64,000 nucleotides of DNA from Octopus vulgaris. Lineage: Eukaryota. Each line of letters begins with the position of its first letter. Positions within the stretch are counted from its first letter, which is position 1. The notes under the pieces were generated by a model, which saw nothing but the letters and a program-made list of their open reading frames with translations, was not told where the DNA came from and did not search any database. Position numbers and translations under genes: made by a program. Shown here piece by piece: positions 27,875-43,373 of this stretch. The stretch covers positions 40,362,001 through 40,426,000 of the forward strand of contig OX597826.1 of assembly GCA_951406725.2 (NCBI GenBank), given 5' to 3'.

Positions 27875-28070
27875 AAGTTGTAGGATGTGTAATTTGAAAA
27901 CATGGCTGCTTTTCTATCAACTCTACTTGTCACACTGAGAATTTCTTCCCTTTTAAATTTCCAAGAATTGTGAAGTTATAGGATGTGTAATTTGAAGACA
28001 TTGCTGCTTTTCTATCAACTCTACTGGTCACACTGAGAATTTCTTCCCTTTTAAATTTCCAAGAATTGTG
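27875..28070. repeat. 98-bp tandem duplication
   Basis: Two near-identical units beginning AAGTT(G/A)TAGGATGTGTAATTTGAA and ending CCAAGAATTGTG. Confidence 0.9.
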
Positions 28071-28372
28071 ACGTTTGGCACCAGTAATTGGTTATGCATA
28101 GGAAACCTGACAAATACAAACTTTTTCTAGTGATTTATTCCGTCGGTTTCATATCACCAACATGAAAAGATTTATAATAATGATATCCTTATATTAAGGC
28201 CTGAAGACATTCAAGTGAATATTGGGTGAATTTACTCGAGAGAGTTCATTGGCTTTGAGAATAGAGATTATTCAAGTTAACTAATTAGATGTTAGCGATA
28301 ATTAATTAGATACAAAACAGAAAAACCATTGAACCCGAGGAAACTAGTGTTAGTCAACAACTAGTAAATATA

Positions 28373-28538
28373 CGACAGGAAGTCAAAAATTATCCGCACT
28401 TTTGCCATAAAATATCTTTATTATTGTCACGCTGCCTTCAGCGCATGCGTGCTTATAGTAGGTACTATTGTGGTCAGGTGATGAAGTTTGAGCCATTTTT
28501 GTTTCTGGCTTTACAGTGTAAGCATGGCCGCTCCACCA
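28373..28538 (+). mobile_element. Mariner-like terminal fragment (different family from the adjacent full-length copy)
   Basis: TA|CGACAGGAAGTCAAAAATTATCCGCAC resembles a mariner TIR. No partner TIR found. Confidence 0.4.
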
Positions 28539-28564
28539 TATATATATATATATATATATATATA

Positions 28565-29846
28565 CGAGGGGCGTTCAATAAGTAATGCCCCTGACCCACT
28601 TCCCATAGCAGTAGAGCAACAAAACTTGGCACAGTTATTAGTCTTTTTCTACATAGGAACCACCCAGAGTTACGCATTTCTCCCATTGGTTGATGCAGCT
28701 CTGAAGACCGTTTCTGTAGAAGACATCAGCTTGGTCCTCCAGCCACGACGTGACTTCAGAAATCAAGGCTGCATCATCTGGGAAACGCTTTCCTTTCAAA
28801 AACAACTTCATGGCTGGGAAGAGGTGAAAATCAGAAGGTGCAAGGTCAGAAGAGTAGGGGGATGGGGAGGAGTTCATAGCCGCACGCCTGTGCTTCTGAT
28901 CTGGCGACACGCGAGTTGTGGACCAGAGCGTTGTCCTGCAGGAGGAGGATGCCTTTGCTGATCTTGCTCCGCCTCTTGATTTTGATAGCTTCTCTTAATT
29001 TCCTCAAAAGTGAAGCATAATAATCTCCTGTAATTGTGGCACCATTTGCCAGGAAATCTGTCATCACTACTCCGTCCTGGTCCCAGAAGACTGTGAGCAT
29101 GACCTTGCCAGCGGAGGGCTGCATCCTTGCCTTCTTTGGAAGAGGGGAGTCACGGTGCTTCCACTGCATTGACTGGGCTTTGGTCTCTGAATCATAGTGA
29201 TGGACCCAGGTTTCATCCTGTGTAATCAGTTTTTTGAAAAATTTTGACTCATCTTCTTGGCACATCTCCAAATTCATCCTCGAGCAATCGACGCGTTCTT
29301 GCTTCTGGAAAGATGTGAGCAACCTGGGAATCCATCTGGCAGACACCTTTTGCATATGCAAATGGTCATGAATGATAGTTTCCACAGACCCGGTACTAAT
29401 CTTGACCTCATGGGCTATTTGGCGAATAGTTATGCGTCGATCTTCCAAAATGGCAGCCTCAACTTGACGGACAGATGCCTCATCAATGGCAGAAGGGGCG
29501 ACCAGATCTGGGAGCTGTTTCCACAGAGTTCCAACCATGTTTGAATTCACGATGCCAGCGTTTTACAAGGTCATATGATGGGGCATTATCACAATAAGTT
29601 ACTTTCATTTCATCAAAAGTCTCCCGTGGTGTGCGTCCTTTCAAATACAAAAACCGGATCACTGCTCGACATTCAACAGACTCCATTTCACACTTGACTC
29701 AGTTAAAACACCTGTAAATCAGAAACCACAATTAGAGCTGTAATTTGCCACTTAATCTATAGAGATATAAGTAATTGCACATGCAAAATTTCAGCTAGAT
29801 CGAACAACTTCAAGTGGATCAGGGGCATTACTTATTGAACGCCCCT

Positions 29847-29848
<2 letters not shown>
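28565..29848 (-). mobile_element. Full-length mariner DNA transposon (1284 bp)
   Basis: 37-bp TIRs CGAGGGGCGTTCAATAAGTAATGCCCCTGA(C/T)CCACTT with 2 mismatches, TA target duplication, inserted in (TA)n. Confidence 0.95.
28638..29686 (-). pseudogene. Mariner D,D34D transposase with two frameshifts
   Basis: Three overlapping ORFs join into MESVECRAVIRFL...PRSGRP / ARWIPRLL...DETWVHHY...QDNA / YSSDLAPSDFHLF...GGSYVEK. After frame repair there are 34 residues between the second and third Asp. Confidence 0.95.
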
Positions 29849-29902
<54 letters not shown>

Positions 29903-31265
29903 GTACTACTGACGTATTTATTCAGCAATATCAAAACAAGTTTAAAAATAACATTTCATTTTGTTGTATCTAGGAGAACCAGAGCGCGTATTATTATTAT
30001 TGACGCAATGATTCTTACAAGCATGAGCTTGTTATTATGCTTGCTCTCTCAGGCCTGCATACATGCAGACATAAGGCCAACTCTGAGATAGGCGTAGAGC
30101 AGACCTCGGAGTGAGAGTGAAAGTTACCGAGTCACTGAAAAAATCGTGAACTGCGACAAAAGAACTTTGACTAACAAACAACCGATTACAAACGTTAAAC
30201 AAACGGTCGATTTGTTAGTCAGTTAGATATTTGATCAATTGACTAACACTAAAGAAGTGGAATTGAACCATTTCATTGTTATTTAGAAATTCTCTTATTT
30301 GTTATTACAAATTAGTTTTTAATTTCATTTAAACCTTACTAACTTACTCAGTCAAAGCTTGCCATGTGATTATAATTTGTTGATCTTCATGACACACACT
30401 ATCTTAAACATTTACTTCAAAGCCGCTGCTTTCTGAACTATAACGCGCAAACACACACACACACACACACACACACTCCCTTTTTCTCGTTCTTTCTTTC
30501 TCTTTCTCTCTCACTTTCACTCTCGCTCTCTTCTCCTTTCTCTCTTTATAACTATATTACAGTATTTATACTTAACGCTGTGTTCCATCTTGCTCTGTCG
30601 AAAAAATGAAAAAAAAATCAAAAACTGAAAATACACAAAATGACACAGCTTTCCAATACCAGGTGTCATTTATCAAAATAGTATCAGCATTTTAGCATTG
30701 ACTTACACTAAAGTACATCACAGCAGCAAAATACAGCTTGTATAACATGACAATAACTTATGAATATTGATATATTTATGACAATATAATATAACATGTA
30801 TATTTTATTGCATATTTATATGGTATTTATATATTTATATAAGCTTTATTGTACACTGTATATGTTATTTATATATTATTCATAAATTTCTACAAGCTTA
30901 TTATGTATGGCAGATGTTATTATATATTAATATATTTCTGGAATCTTGCACATACACACACGCGCGCACACGAATATATTTATATAATATTGCTATACTT
31001 ATATGATATGTCCTCTACATTACACTAATGAAGTCTAAGATGAAACATGGATGTCAGTAATGGTTCCGATGCTAACATATAACTGTAATATCATTCTCTG
31101 CTCTTTAACAATGTAATATTGAATAATATTTCTACATTTCAAGTAGTGTCTGCGTGGGTTCGTGTGAGTTCTAGTGCGTACACTTGCGTGTGTGTGTGTG
31201 TGAATATGTGTGTGTGCGCGCGCTGGGGCGCGCGCCGGAGTTTGCATTTTCAATTGTATAATTTG

Positions 31266-31945
31266 TAGGCGGAGGTGTGGCTGTTTGGTAGCTGGCAGAA
31301 TCGTTAGCACACCGGGCGAAATGCTTAGCAGTATTTCGTCTGCCGCTACGTTCAGAGTTCAAATTTCGCCGTGGTATCAACTTTGCCTTTCATCCTTTCG
31401 GGGTCGATTAAATAAGTACCAGATACGCACTGGGGTCGATATAATCGACTTAATCTGTTTGTCCGTCCTTGTTTGTCCCCTATGTGTGTAGCCTCTTGTG
31501 GGCAGTAAAGAAATAAGAAATTTGCTTCCCAATCACGAGGTTTCGTTTCAGACCCACTGCATGCACCTTGGCCAATTGTCTTCTCCTATAACCTTGGGTC
31601 GACCAAAGCCTTGTACGTAGATTTGGTTGACAGAAACTGAAAGAAGCTTGTCATATATAGAGCACGTGACGATTATATGTTTGTGTGTGTGTGTATTTAT
31701 GTGTGTGAATGTGTGTGTATGTGTATGTTTGTATTTGTGTCTGTCTTTATCCCTAAGCTCTGCTTGACAATCGACGGTGGTGTATTTGCGTTTCCGTAAC
31801 TTTGTGGTTCGACAAAAACGACGGATAGAATGAGAAAGCGACTTTTACAAAACTAAGTACTGGGGTCTGTTCGTTCGTCTAAAACCCTTCGATGCAGTGT
31901 CACAGCATGACCGCAGTCTTATAATTCAAGCAATTACACAGTAAA
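31266..31945 (+). mobile_element. SINE family 1 interrupted by SINE family 2 (31290-31514)
   Basis: The family-1 head GGCGGAGGTGTGGCTGTTTGGTA resumes as AAGAAATTTGCTTCCCAATCAC after a family-2 body. Confidence 0.8.
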
Positions 31946-32207
31946 AGCTATTCTAATACAATGAGATAATGAGAATTTGCTTATGCAGCGCAAAGGAACA
32001 GTGGTAGATGCAATTGGATAATAATTGTATTAGAATGTTCAAATACGCAATTTGAACATTCAAGAGAATGAAAATAAAACATTCTTTTGAATGTTTTATT
32101 CAAGAGAAATAAAACATTCTCTTTTTTATTCTCTTGAAATAAAAAGAGAGAATGAAAATAATAAACGAAACTTAAAAAATAAACTAGAAAACCCAAATGC
32201 AAAGAAG

Positions 32208-32279
<72 letters not shown>

Positions 32280-32599
32280 GATTAAAAAATATTAAAATTA
32301 AGAGACCATAGAAATACGAAAAATTTGAAAATTATGATAAGACGTACAGGATAAAACAGTTAATCAAGGTAGCCAAAGAAAATATATAATCAAGCTTACC
32401 AAAAAATATGAAAATAAAGTCAAAAGACATAATAAAATACAAAGAAAGTAAAAACAAATTCAAATATATAATAAATTGAGAATTCTCCTTTTCGTTCAAA
32501 AAAGATATCCATAGAAATTAGATGTAAATGTAAAAACCCAGCGAAGGAAGCTAAGAACCTACCTTACTGAGTAAATTAAATGTATATCCCTAAATTTAT

Positions 32600-35190
<2,591 letters not shown>

Positions 35191-35313
35191 AATGCGAGGT
35201 ATTTCATTGAGAAAGCTTTCCGACAGAAGGGCCATCAAAAGTTCTGATGTTATATTTGGTTCTCAAATATGTGTGTATACATACACATACACACACACAC
35301 ACATACACACACG

Positions 35314-35363
<50 letters not shown>

Positions 35364-35422
35364 CGTTTACATACAGGCATACATATAAATACATACATAT
35401 ATATACATGCAAACACACACAC

Positions 35423-35459
<37 letters not shown>

Positions 35460-35471
35460 CACATAACTATA

Positions 35472-35518
<47 letters not shown>

Positions 35519-35668
35519 TCCGGCATAACAGGAGTTCAAATTATTCTCAATGAAGAAATATATATTTTCATTTAGAGATAGTAGGTACATGAAACACGTG
35601 TAGCCAAGTTATAAAGTAGTAGGTATTTAAAATAAAAATTATTTTTTATATGGTGAGATGAAGGGAAC

Positions 35669-35712
<44 letters not shown>

Positions 35713-36399
35713 ATTATTATTATTATTATTATTGCATCTGTAAAACAGAACAGTTTGGGGATCGGACCCAAGTGGAAACACAATATACATTCACATTCCA
35801 TAATATAGCTTATATATATATATATATATCCTGAAAGTAGTTTTAAAACAAATTTATGATTTTCTTTATACGTAACTCCATTAGAAAGGTAAGGCATCAG
35901 TTTCCACTCACAATATCATGTGTTGATTAAATGCTACGTCTGTTATTAATATTTTACTTTTTACGATACAGATTTAAGGTTATATGTAAGGTATAAAAAA
36001 AAATGAATTGAACATGATTACAAGTAATTGAAATGAAAACTGAAAAAAGGCAGCTTTTTTTAATTTTAAAGTAATGCTTAAATAATGACGTTAATCGTGT
36101 TACATTCATACACGAAGATAGAATTTAAATCTCACGTAAAAATAACGTTTTGTGCTAAGTGAACAAAGAAAATCAGCAGAAAACATGATCACTGCTTACA
36201 ACACGAATGATAAATGCCGCACATTACACCTACATAAGGTCTGAGAAACTTGAGGAAAAGTATATGTCATCGATGACATCATTGTCAGCTCGAAAGTTGG
36301 GCAAGTTGTCGGTATCCACCTACGAAATAATATTTTGTTTGAAAGGTTGCATAAACAGTTTTACATAAAGTTTTGTATATGTTCGTTTGCTGTTTTTTG

Positions 36400-36600
36400 C
36401 TTTTATTTGTTTTAGTCATTTGACTGCAGTCATACTGGAGCACCGCCTTTAGTCGAACAAATCAACTCGAGAATTTATTCTTTGTAAGCCGAGTACTTAT
36501 TCTATCTCTGACTTTTGCCGGCCCGCTAAGTTACGAGAACGCGAACACGCCAACACTGGTTGTCAAGCGATGGTAGGAGGACAAACACAGAAACACAAAC
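36400..36600 (-). mobile_element. SINE family 1, 3' portion
   Basis: GGAGCACCGCCTTTAGTCGA...TTGTAAGCC...GCTAAGTTACG...GGTTGTCAAGCGATGGT. Confidence 0.8.
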
Positions 36601-37529
36601 ATACACACACATACACGAACATACACACACACACGAACATACACACATACATATGTGCGCGCGCGAGTGTGTGTGTATAACCAAGAAAGAGAACAAATTT
36701 CAAAGGTCCGTGTTCATATTCATTCAATATAATTCAAAGTATCGGAATACTCTACGCCATACATAGGTGCATTCATATACACAATATATAATGTAAAAAT
36801 TATATATATATATATATATACATAAATGTACTTGTTAGGTTGTATGTCCGTATTAAAATCAATGGGAATACTGAAATATACCGATGGTGAATGTCTAGCG
36901 GTAATCCAATACATGAGAAAGTTGGTATAAAATGATTTCAAAACGAAATCTTGAGCAGGTTCGGAGTCTGACAATAGTTTCGAGAAAATGTAAGTTGTTA
37001 ACATCTATATATTTCTGTGATCAGAGTTAATCTAAAGGATTTATAAAATAGTTATTTAAATCTTAACATTTTAACCAGCATGAGAAATTTAAGAATTTTT
37101 AAAAATCGAATGTTCAGGCGGATGATATAATAAGAGCTAAAATTACATATCTAAATAAATTATGAAGCTATAGATAATAGCGGGTATAATGTGGGTAGCT
37201 AACATAGTTCATTTTCTTGTTTCGTGATTAATAAATAAATTTGTGTAACCTTTATCTATTCTAAAAATCAGTCGTACTTCCCATTATATATTTTGGGGTT
37301 AAATAAAGTTAAAACAATGTATGTGTGTGTGTGTGCGTGTATACATACATATAGGGTAACTAGGTTAAAATCATATAAACTAATTATTTTTAGAAAGACA
37401 TTTAAAAGTTGATAAATATTTATGTCTTCAAAGAATAATGACAACCGAGACATTGTTAGCAAATGTTTTTTGTCAGCCTAGAGTATATAGATCGCTCCTT
37501 TTGTGCATAATTTACAGTTTCTTTCTGTG

Positions 37530-38165
37530 CGTATGGTATGGTGTATGAATGCCCAGTGGACGGCCGATGTAACACCGAGGCTACAATGTACCAAGCAAAG
37601 ATAGCCTCAAGCGGAATCAGCACAAATATCAATGGCATCAATGCCAACACAGAGACACAAACTAAAATTTATCTCGGATCTTGTGAAACCAGATTTAAAA
37701 TTCACCTGAACAACCACAGATCTTCTTTCAGGGTCCCGGAAAGATGAAATAACACTTGCAGCATACGTATGGCGCCTAAAAGACGATCATACGCCCTTTG
37801 ACATCAGGTGGAAATTATTGGAAACTTGTGGGCTCTATCGTAATGGAACAAGATGGTAAATTGTGCTTGGCAGAAATATTTATAATTCTCATGAACTCAC
37901 ATGAGCCAGGAGGTTACATTAACCGTGGGGATTTGTCCACATTTTCGGAAACTTTCACTTCAAAATTGGAAAACTTAGCTATCAAGTGAAGGGAGACAAC
38001 TTGCCTGGCCATATTTTTAAAGAGGATTCTTTCTTGAACCATCACCGGCGTTCTTCTGTTTGAAAACAAATATTTTTGCACACAACGGTTAACTGTTAGA
38101 GAAACTGAAGAGATGTCTAGTTCACGCTAGATATGAAACCAAAGGTTTTTATCTAAACTTACACA
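37530..38165 (+). mobile_element. Naiad-type PLE 3' fragment (GIY-YIG endonuclease plus pLTR hammerhead)
   Basis: CPVDGRCNTEATMYQAKI...KIYLGSCETRFKIHLNNHRSSFR / TLAAYVWRLKD...IRWKLL...Y.NG / KLCLAEIFIIL...IN, with two frameshifts. Confidence 0.85.
38102..38150 (+). ncRNA. Type I hammerhead ribozyme motif downstream of GIY-YIG ORF
   Basis: AAA-CTGAAGA-G-ATGTCTAG-ttcacg-CTAGATAT-GAAACC-aaa-GGTT-TTT. GUU site and weak stem I. Confidence 0.7.
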
Positions 38166-38203
38166 TACACAAATATATGTATATATATATGTGTATATAT
38201 ATA

Positions 38204-38255
<52 letters not shown>

Positions 38256-38258
<3 letters not shown>

Positions 38259-38600
38259 TTTTATTCTTTTATTCTTTTACATGATTGAATCATTTGACAG
38301 CAAGCATTCTGGAGCATCGACCCCAGAACTTATTCGTTGTAAGCCTAGTATTTATTGTATGGGTTCTTTTGCAGAACCACTAAGTTACAGGGACGTAAAC
38401 ATATTAACATAGGTTATCAAGCGATGGTGGGGACAAACACAGACACAAAGACATACACACATAAATATATATATATATACATATATATAAACGGGCTGCC
38501 CTAAGCTATAGTAGAAGACACCCAAAGTACCATGCAGTGGGACTGAACCCGGAACCATATGGTTGGTAAGTAAGCTTCTTATCGCACAGCCACGCGTGTG
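38256..38600 (-). mobile_element. SINE family 1 (internally deleted)
   Basis: Head CAGTGGGACTGAACCCGGAACCAT...AAGCTTCTTA and body match the 62150 copy. Confidence 0.8.
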
Positions 38601-38674
38601 TCTATATATATATACTTAAATGTTATTTTTTAGGGAATAAAAATTCCGGCATAACAGAGTTTCAAAATATTCTA

Positions 38675-38789
38675 AATGAAGAAATATATTTTAATTTAGA
38701 GATGGTAGACCCCTACATCTCACCAAAAATATATTTATTTGGTGAGATGTAGGGGTCTACCATCTCTAAATTAAAATATATTCTTCATT
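38675..38789. repeat. ~52-bp-arm inverted repeat
   Basis: AATGAAGAA...GATGGTAGACCCCTACATCTCACCAAA, a ~10-nt loop, then the reverse complement. The lead-in AAATTCCGGCATAACAG also occurs at 35516. Confidence 0.85.
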
Positions 38790-38793
38790 GAGT

Positions 38794-38866
<73 letters not shown>

Positions 38867-38875
38867 TTGATAGAC

Positions 38876-38940
<65 letters not shown>

Positions 38941-38949
38941 TACACATAT

Positions 38950-39019
<70 letters not shown>

Positions 39020-39027
39020 GTATATAT

Positions 39028-39324
39028 AAACAATTGCAGCGTGGAAGGTGTTTATAAGCCATTTAAGAAACATACAAAAACCGTTAGATTCACTTCAACA
39101 TTTAAATTCAATTTGTCAAAATATTTTCATCACTCTGAGACCACGACCTGTTCACTGACAAAACTTTGTGCTGCATCTCAGCACGATGTTTTGTCAGTGA
39201 ACAGGTCGTAGTCTCAAAGCGACGCAAATATTTTGACAAATTAAATTTAAATGTTGAAGTGAATCTAACGGTTTTTGTGTGTTTCATAAATGGCTTACAA
39301 ACACCTTCCACATTGCAATTGTTT
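39028..39324. repeat. ~297-nt fold-back (inverted pLTR-like), each arm carrying a G3-C8 hammerhead-like motif
   Basis: Arms 39028-39173 and 39179-39324 are imperfect reverse complements. Motif TTTGTCA-GTGAACA-G-GTCG...CGAC-G(A/C)AAATATTT-TGACAAA. Confidence 0.85.
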
Positions 39325-39377
39325 TCGTTCCAGCACACGATCTCAGATCAGGTCACTTGCTATGCAAGTACATCTCC

Positions 39378-39443
<66 letters not shown>

Positions 39444-39765
39444 TGAGAGAGTGAGAGAGAGAGAGATTCGGTGGAATTAAGTACCTAAATTGAAGGACCA
39501 AGTCAGTCCGGTAATATCAGCAAAGCTTGAAGTAAGGTGAATAGAAACAAAATAAGCATCAGGATATCAAGTAGTAAAAATAAATAAAACTTTAAAGGTA
39601 AACTTCACATATATTTTAATAATTATACACAATTATAACAAAGGATTCGCTATAACCCTCTCCACGCGCTAGGAAATTGGACGCCAAAAGACGCGCTTGC
39701 AGAGGCTTCTAGCCAATCTCTTGTTATAATTTATGTATATACTTATAATATATATACATATATAT

Positions 39766-39837
<72 letters not shown>

Positions 39838-39914
39838 CATACATACATACATTCATACATACATACATACATACATACATACATACATGCATGCATACAT
39901 ACATACATACATAC

Positions 39915-40000
<86 letters not shown>

Positions 40001-40552
40001 AAGGAAAACAAAAGAAACACTATATCTGTGATATTTCAAAAGTTTCGTTTCCCACACAAGTTTCGATTATCTCTGGCATACATTTAGGATTCGGTAATTG
40101 TTTGACAATATGAGTATAATTGCGTTGTTAGATTATCACTAAATTGTTAACATTCGTGTAAGTTAACGAACCGGATATAGGAAAGGAAATATTTGAAATA
40201 TCACAGATATTGCGTGTCTTCTAGTTTGTCTAATTTATTTTGTTCTCCACGTTCAGAATTTAAAGTTACGTTATTAACTGCCCCATAACATTTGCAGCTG
40301 ATTTTTGTGCATGAGCAGGAATTTGAAGAGTCACGTACACATGTATATATCCTGGCTATGGAAAGGGAAAGAGACGAATGTGTGAGAAATGCTTAAGTGG
40401 AAAGGATTGAAAGGGAAGGCCAGTCTTTGTCATGTGGTTTCGATTATGTTGAAGATCTGTGCCCTCACATTCATCCCCTGTTTGATGTTGATGCCAAGTA
40501 TTTAGCGGCGAGTTCTAGCTATATGTAAGTATTTGTTTCTGCTTGGTGTTTC

Positions 40553-40765
40553 CGAGCTGGCAGAAACGTTAGCACGCCGGGCGAAATGCGTAGCAGTATT
40601 TCGTCTGCCGTTACGTTCTGGGTTCAAATTCCGCCGAGGTCGACTTTGCCTTTCATCCTTTCGGGATCGATAAATTAAGTACTTAGTTGCGCACTGGGGT
40701 CGATGTAATCGACTTAATCCGTTTGTCTGTCCGCTCTGTGTTGAGCCCCTTGTGGGCAATAAAAA
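40553..40765 (+). mobile_element. SINE family 2
   Basis: GAGCTGGCAGAAACGTTAG...GGTTCAAATTCCGCCGAGGTCGACTTTGCCTTTCATCC...CCCCTTGTGGG. Confidence 0.9.
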
Positions 40766-41295
40766 AACATTGTATTGGTATACATAAATCACATTTGTCC
40801 ACTGGGTGCATGCCTTTCCAGATTTTGATTTTATTACTTTTGGACCTTTTAAACAATGCCGAAACCAACTATATATCAGCTGCGGGGAGACAAAAAAAAA
40901 GAAGCATATTGTTTAACAGAATAGCTGAATAGCCAATAGTTTAATAGAGGTAATAATGTTATAGCAATGAATATGACTTTAGATTGGTGTTGAATCGAAG
41001 TAGTAAGCTAGAGAATAAAGGCGAAGATTAATTGCCAATGTTTATAAAACTGTTTTCTTGCAATTTTCTCTTTAGTTAAAACGTTATCTATTTATCATGT
41101 TCATATCAACTGTGAGATAAAGAAATATGTATGCAGGGGAAATTGTCTTTGTTTGCAAACATTTTCTTCTCTGCAAATGATCGAAATCTGTGCATCGATA
41201 AAATTCAAACCGCGCAAATCTAATTAGTAATGATGTCGAAGGGAACATAACTAATGTCTGAGTGTGTGGTAGGTGGTAGGGCTGTGGTTTATATG

Positions 41296-41332
<37 letters not shown>

Positions 41333-42380
41333 CGTATGTGTGGCGTTTGTGTAGGTTTGCTCTGTGTGTGTGTTAATGTTTGTGTATGTGTGTGTGTGTG
41401 TGTGTTTGTTGATTGTCTGTCTTTGTTATATCAATAATGAGCTGCTCAAACTGCTCATATTGATGTTTGGGTGTAAGTGTGTATGTAAGTGTATGCGAGT
41501 ATGTCTATGTGTGTTTGAATTTGTGCGTGTATTTGTGTGAGTGTGTGTGCTTGTGTTTGTTTAACTGTCTGTTATACTATACGTAAAACAAGTTGTGTCG
41601 TTTATTCATGTTTGAGTTGAAGTAACGAACGTGTGTTTGTATGTCTGTAAGCGTGCATCTGTTTGTATGCGCTTGTTTGTGTTTGTCTCCTTGGCTGTGT
41701 TGCTAACACAAATTACTGTTTTCACTATTAATGATTTATATCTATTTGTGAACAAAAGAGACAAATAGGGGCGTACATATGAGCGTCTGAGTGTGTGTAT
41801 GTGAGTGTGTTTGTGTATTTATCATTCATGAAAGAATTCTGAAATTCAGAACTGTACATCGTCAAATTAAATACCGAGTTCCACTTGGTTAATAATTCTA
41901 TCTAGTCTATAGAAATTCTGTCAAGTAGATTCAATAATATAGAAGCAGATTTCGTAAATAACGATTGCAAGCAGTGCGAACATTGTAGCATTAGCGAGTT
42001 CCTTTCGCTGTATGAAACTTGTTTTAGCCGAGTCTGTCAACCCTATAACAACAAGGGTTACATCGATATTAAGTTCGTGTTTAAGAGAAAAGTAATCAAC
42101 AGTCATTACCAGAGATGAATGACTAGATATTTACAACGTTTCCTCGTGGAACTTCGTACGCTTTCCATTAAGCTACTGCGCCCCTTCATTTTAATAACTG
42201 AAATACACATATATGCAGATATATTATGTGTGCATTTGTGTATATGTGTGTGTACGCGAACTCACACACACACACACATACGCATACGTGCACATACATA
42301 TGTATATATGTATGTGTGTACATGTATAAGTGCATTCCTTTATTCTTTTACATGTTTCAGCCTTGAAGCTGTGGCTATGC

Positions 42381-42441
<61 letters not shown>

Positions 42442-42468
42442 TATTTATATGTGTGTGTCTATACATAC

Positions 42469-42549
<81 letters not shown>

Positions 42550-42562
<13 letters not shown>

Positions 42563-42799
42563 TTAGAGACAAAACCACTATTTTGCAAAACAAACAAGGA
42601 AAGACTTAATCAATACATAAAATTTTAATAAAAAGTAAAAAAACTTAAAATTTTATGTATTGATTAAGTCTTTCCTTGTTTGTTTTGCAAAATAGTGGTT
42701 TTGTCTCTAATTAATATTATATAATATTTTACTATAAAATTGGATTTAATCCTAAATCTGATTTTTTTCCCTGTAAATTTGGATTTATTCCCTAATATT

Positions 42800-42805
<6 letters not shown>
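42550..42805 (+). mobile_element. Short (TA)n-inserted element with inverted 5' duplication (probable PLE terminus)
   Basis: Perfect ~79-bp inverted arms at 42550-42628 and 42645-42723. The unique tail 42723-42805 is nearly identical to 19113-19200. Confidence 0.65.
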
Positions 42806-42855
<50 letters not shown>

Positions 42856-42856
42856 T

Positions 42857-43373
42857 ATTACATGGAAAAATGCGAACATGACAAGTAGTATTCTTAAGAT
42901 TATAAACCTGGAAAAGTACAGGACAAGTTATTACACGTGTGAAAGTAGAGGACAAGCTATTACTTCAAGTAAAGTAAAGAATAAGAAAGTTTTTACTTAA
43001 AATACTGCAGCAAAAGATGCCAGTTCTTCTAATTTATCACTCTTAATAGTTCTCAAGTCTTAAATGTATTGTACAAAACTGTTCAGTTAATTCGTAGGTT
43101 TGTCTAATTAGTAACTTTTTTCTGTATTTAAGGTAGTAAATTAGCCAAATTCTATTTAAATAAGTATAGTGTTATTTGTAAACTATAAGGAAATAAGTTT
43201 TAATATTCAAATTTTAATTTTAGCTGCAATATTTTAAGTAAAAACTTTCTTATTCTTTACTTTACTTGAATAATTTATCCTATACTTTTACAGGTTTCAT
43301 AACTTGTCCTCTACTTTTCCAGGTTTATATTCTTAAGAATATTACATTTCATGCTCGCATTTTTCCATGTAAT
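42857..43373. mobile_element. MITE/fold-back element with ~160-bp imperfect TIRs
   Basis: ATTACATGGAAAAATGCGA...AAGTAAAGTAAAGAATAAGAAAGTTTTTACTTAAAATA is mirrored at 43218-43373. Confidence 0.7.

Noticed and set aside
37538-37990. Selenocysteine-recoding (Se-Naiad) hypothesis for the GIY-YIG fragments
   Set aside because: Conserved Cys positions here and at 24651 and 32660 are TGC/TGT, not TGA. The stops look like ordinary decay and no SECIS was recognised.
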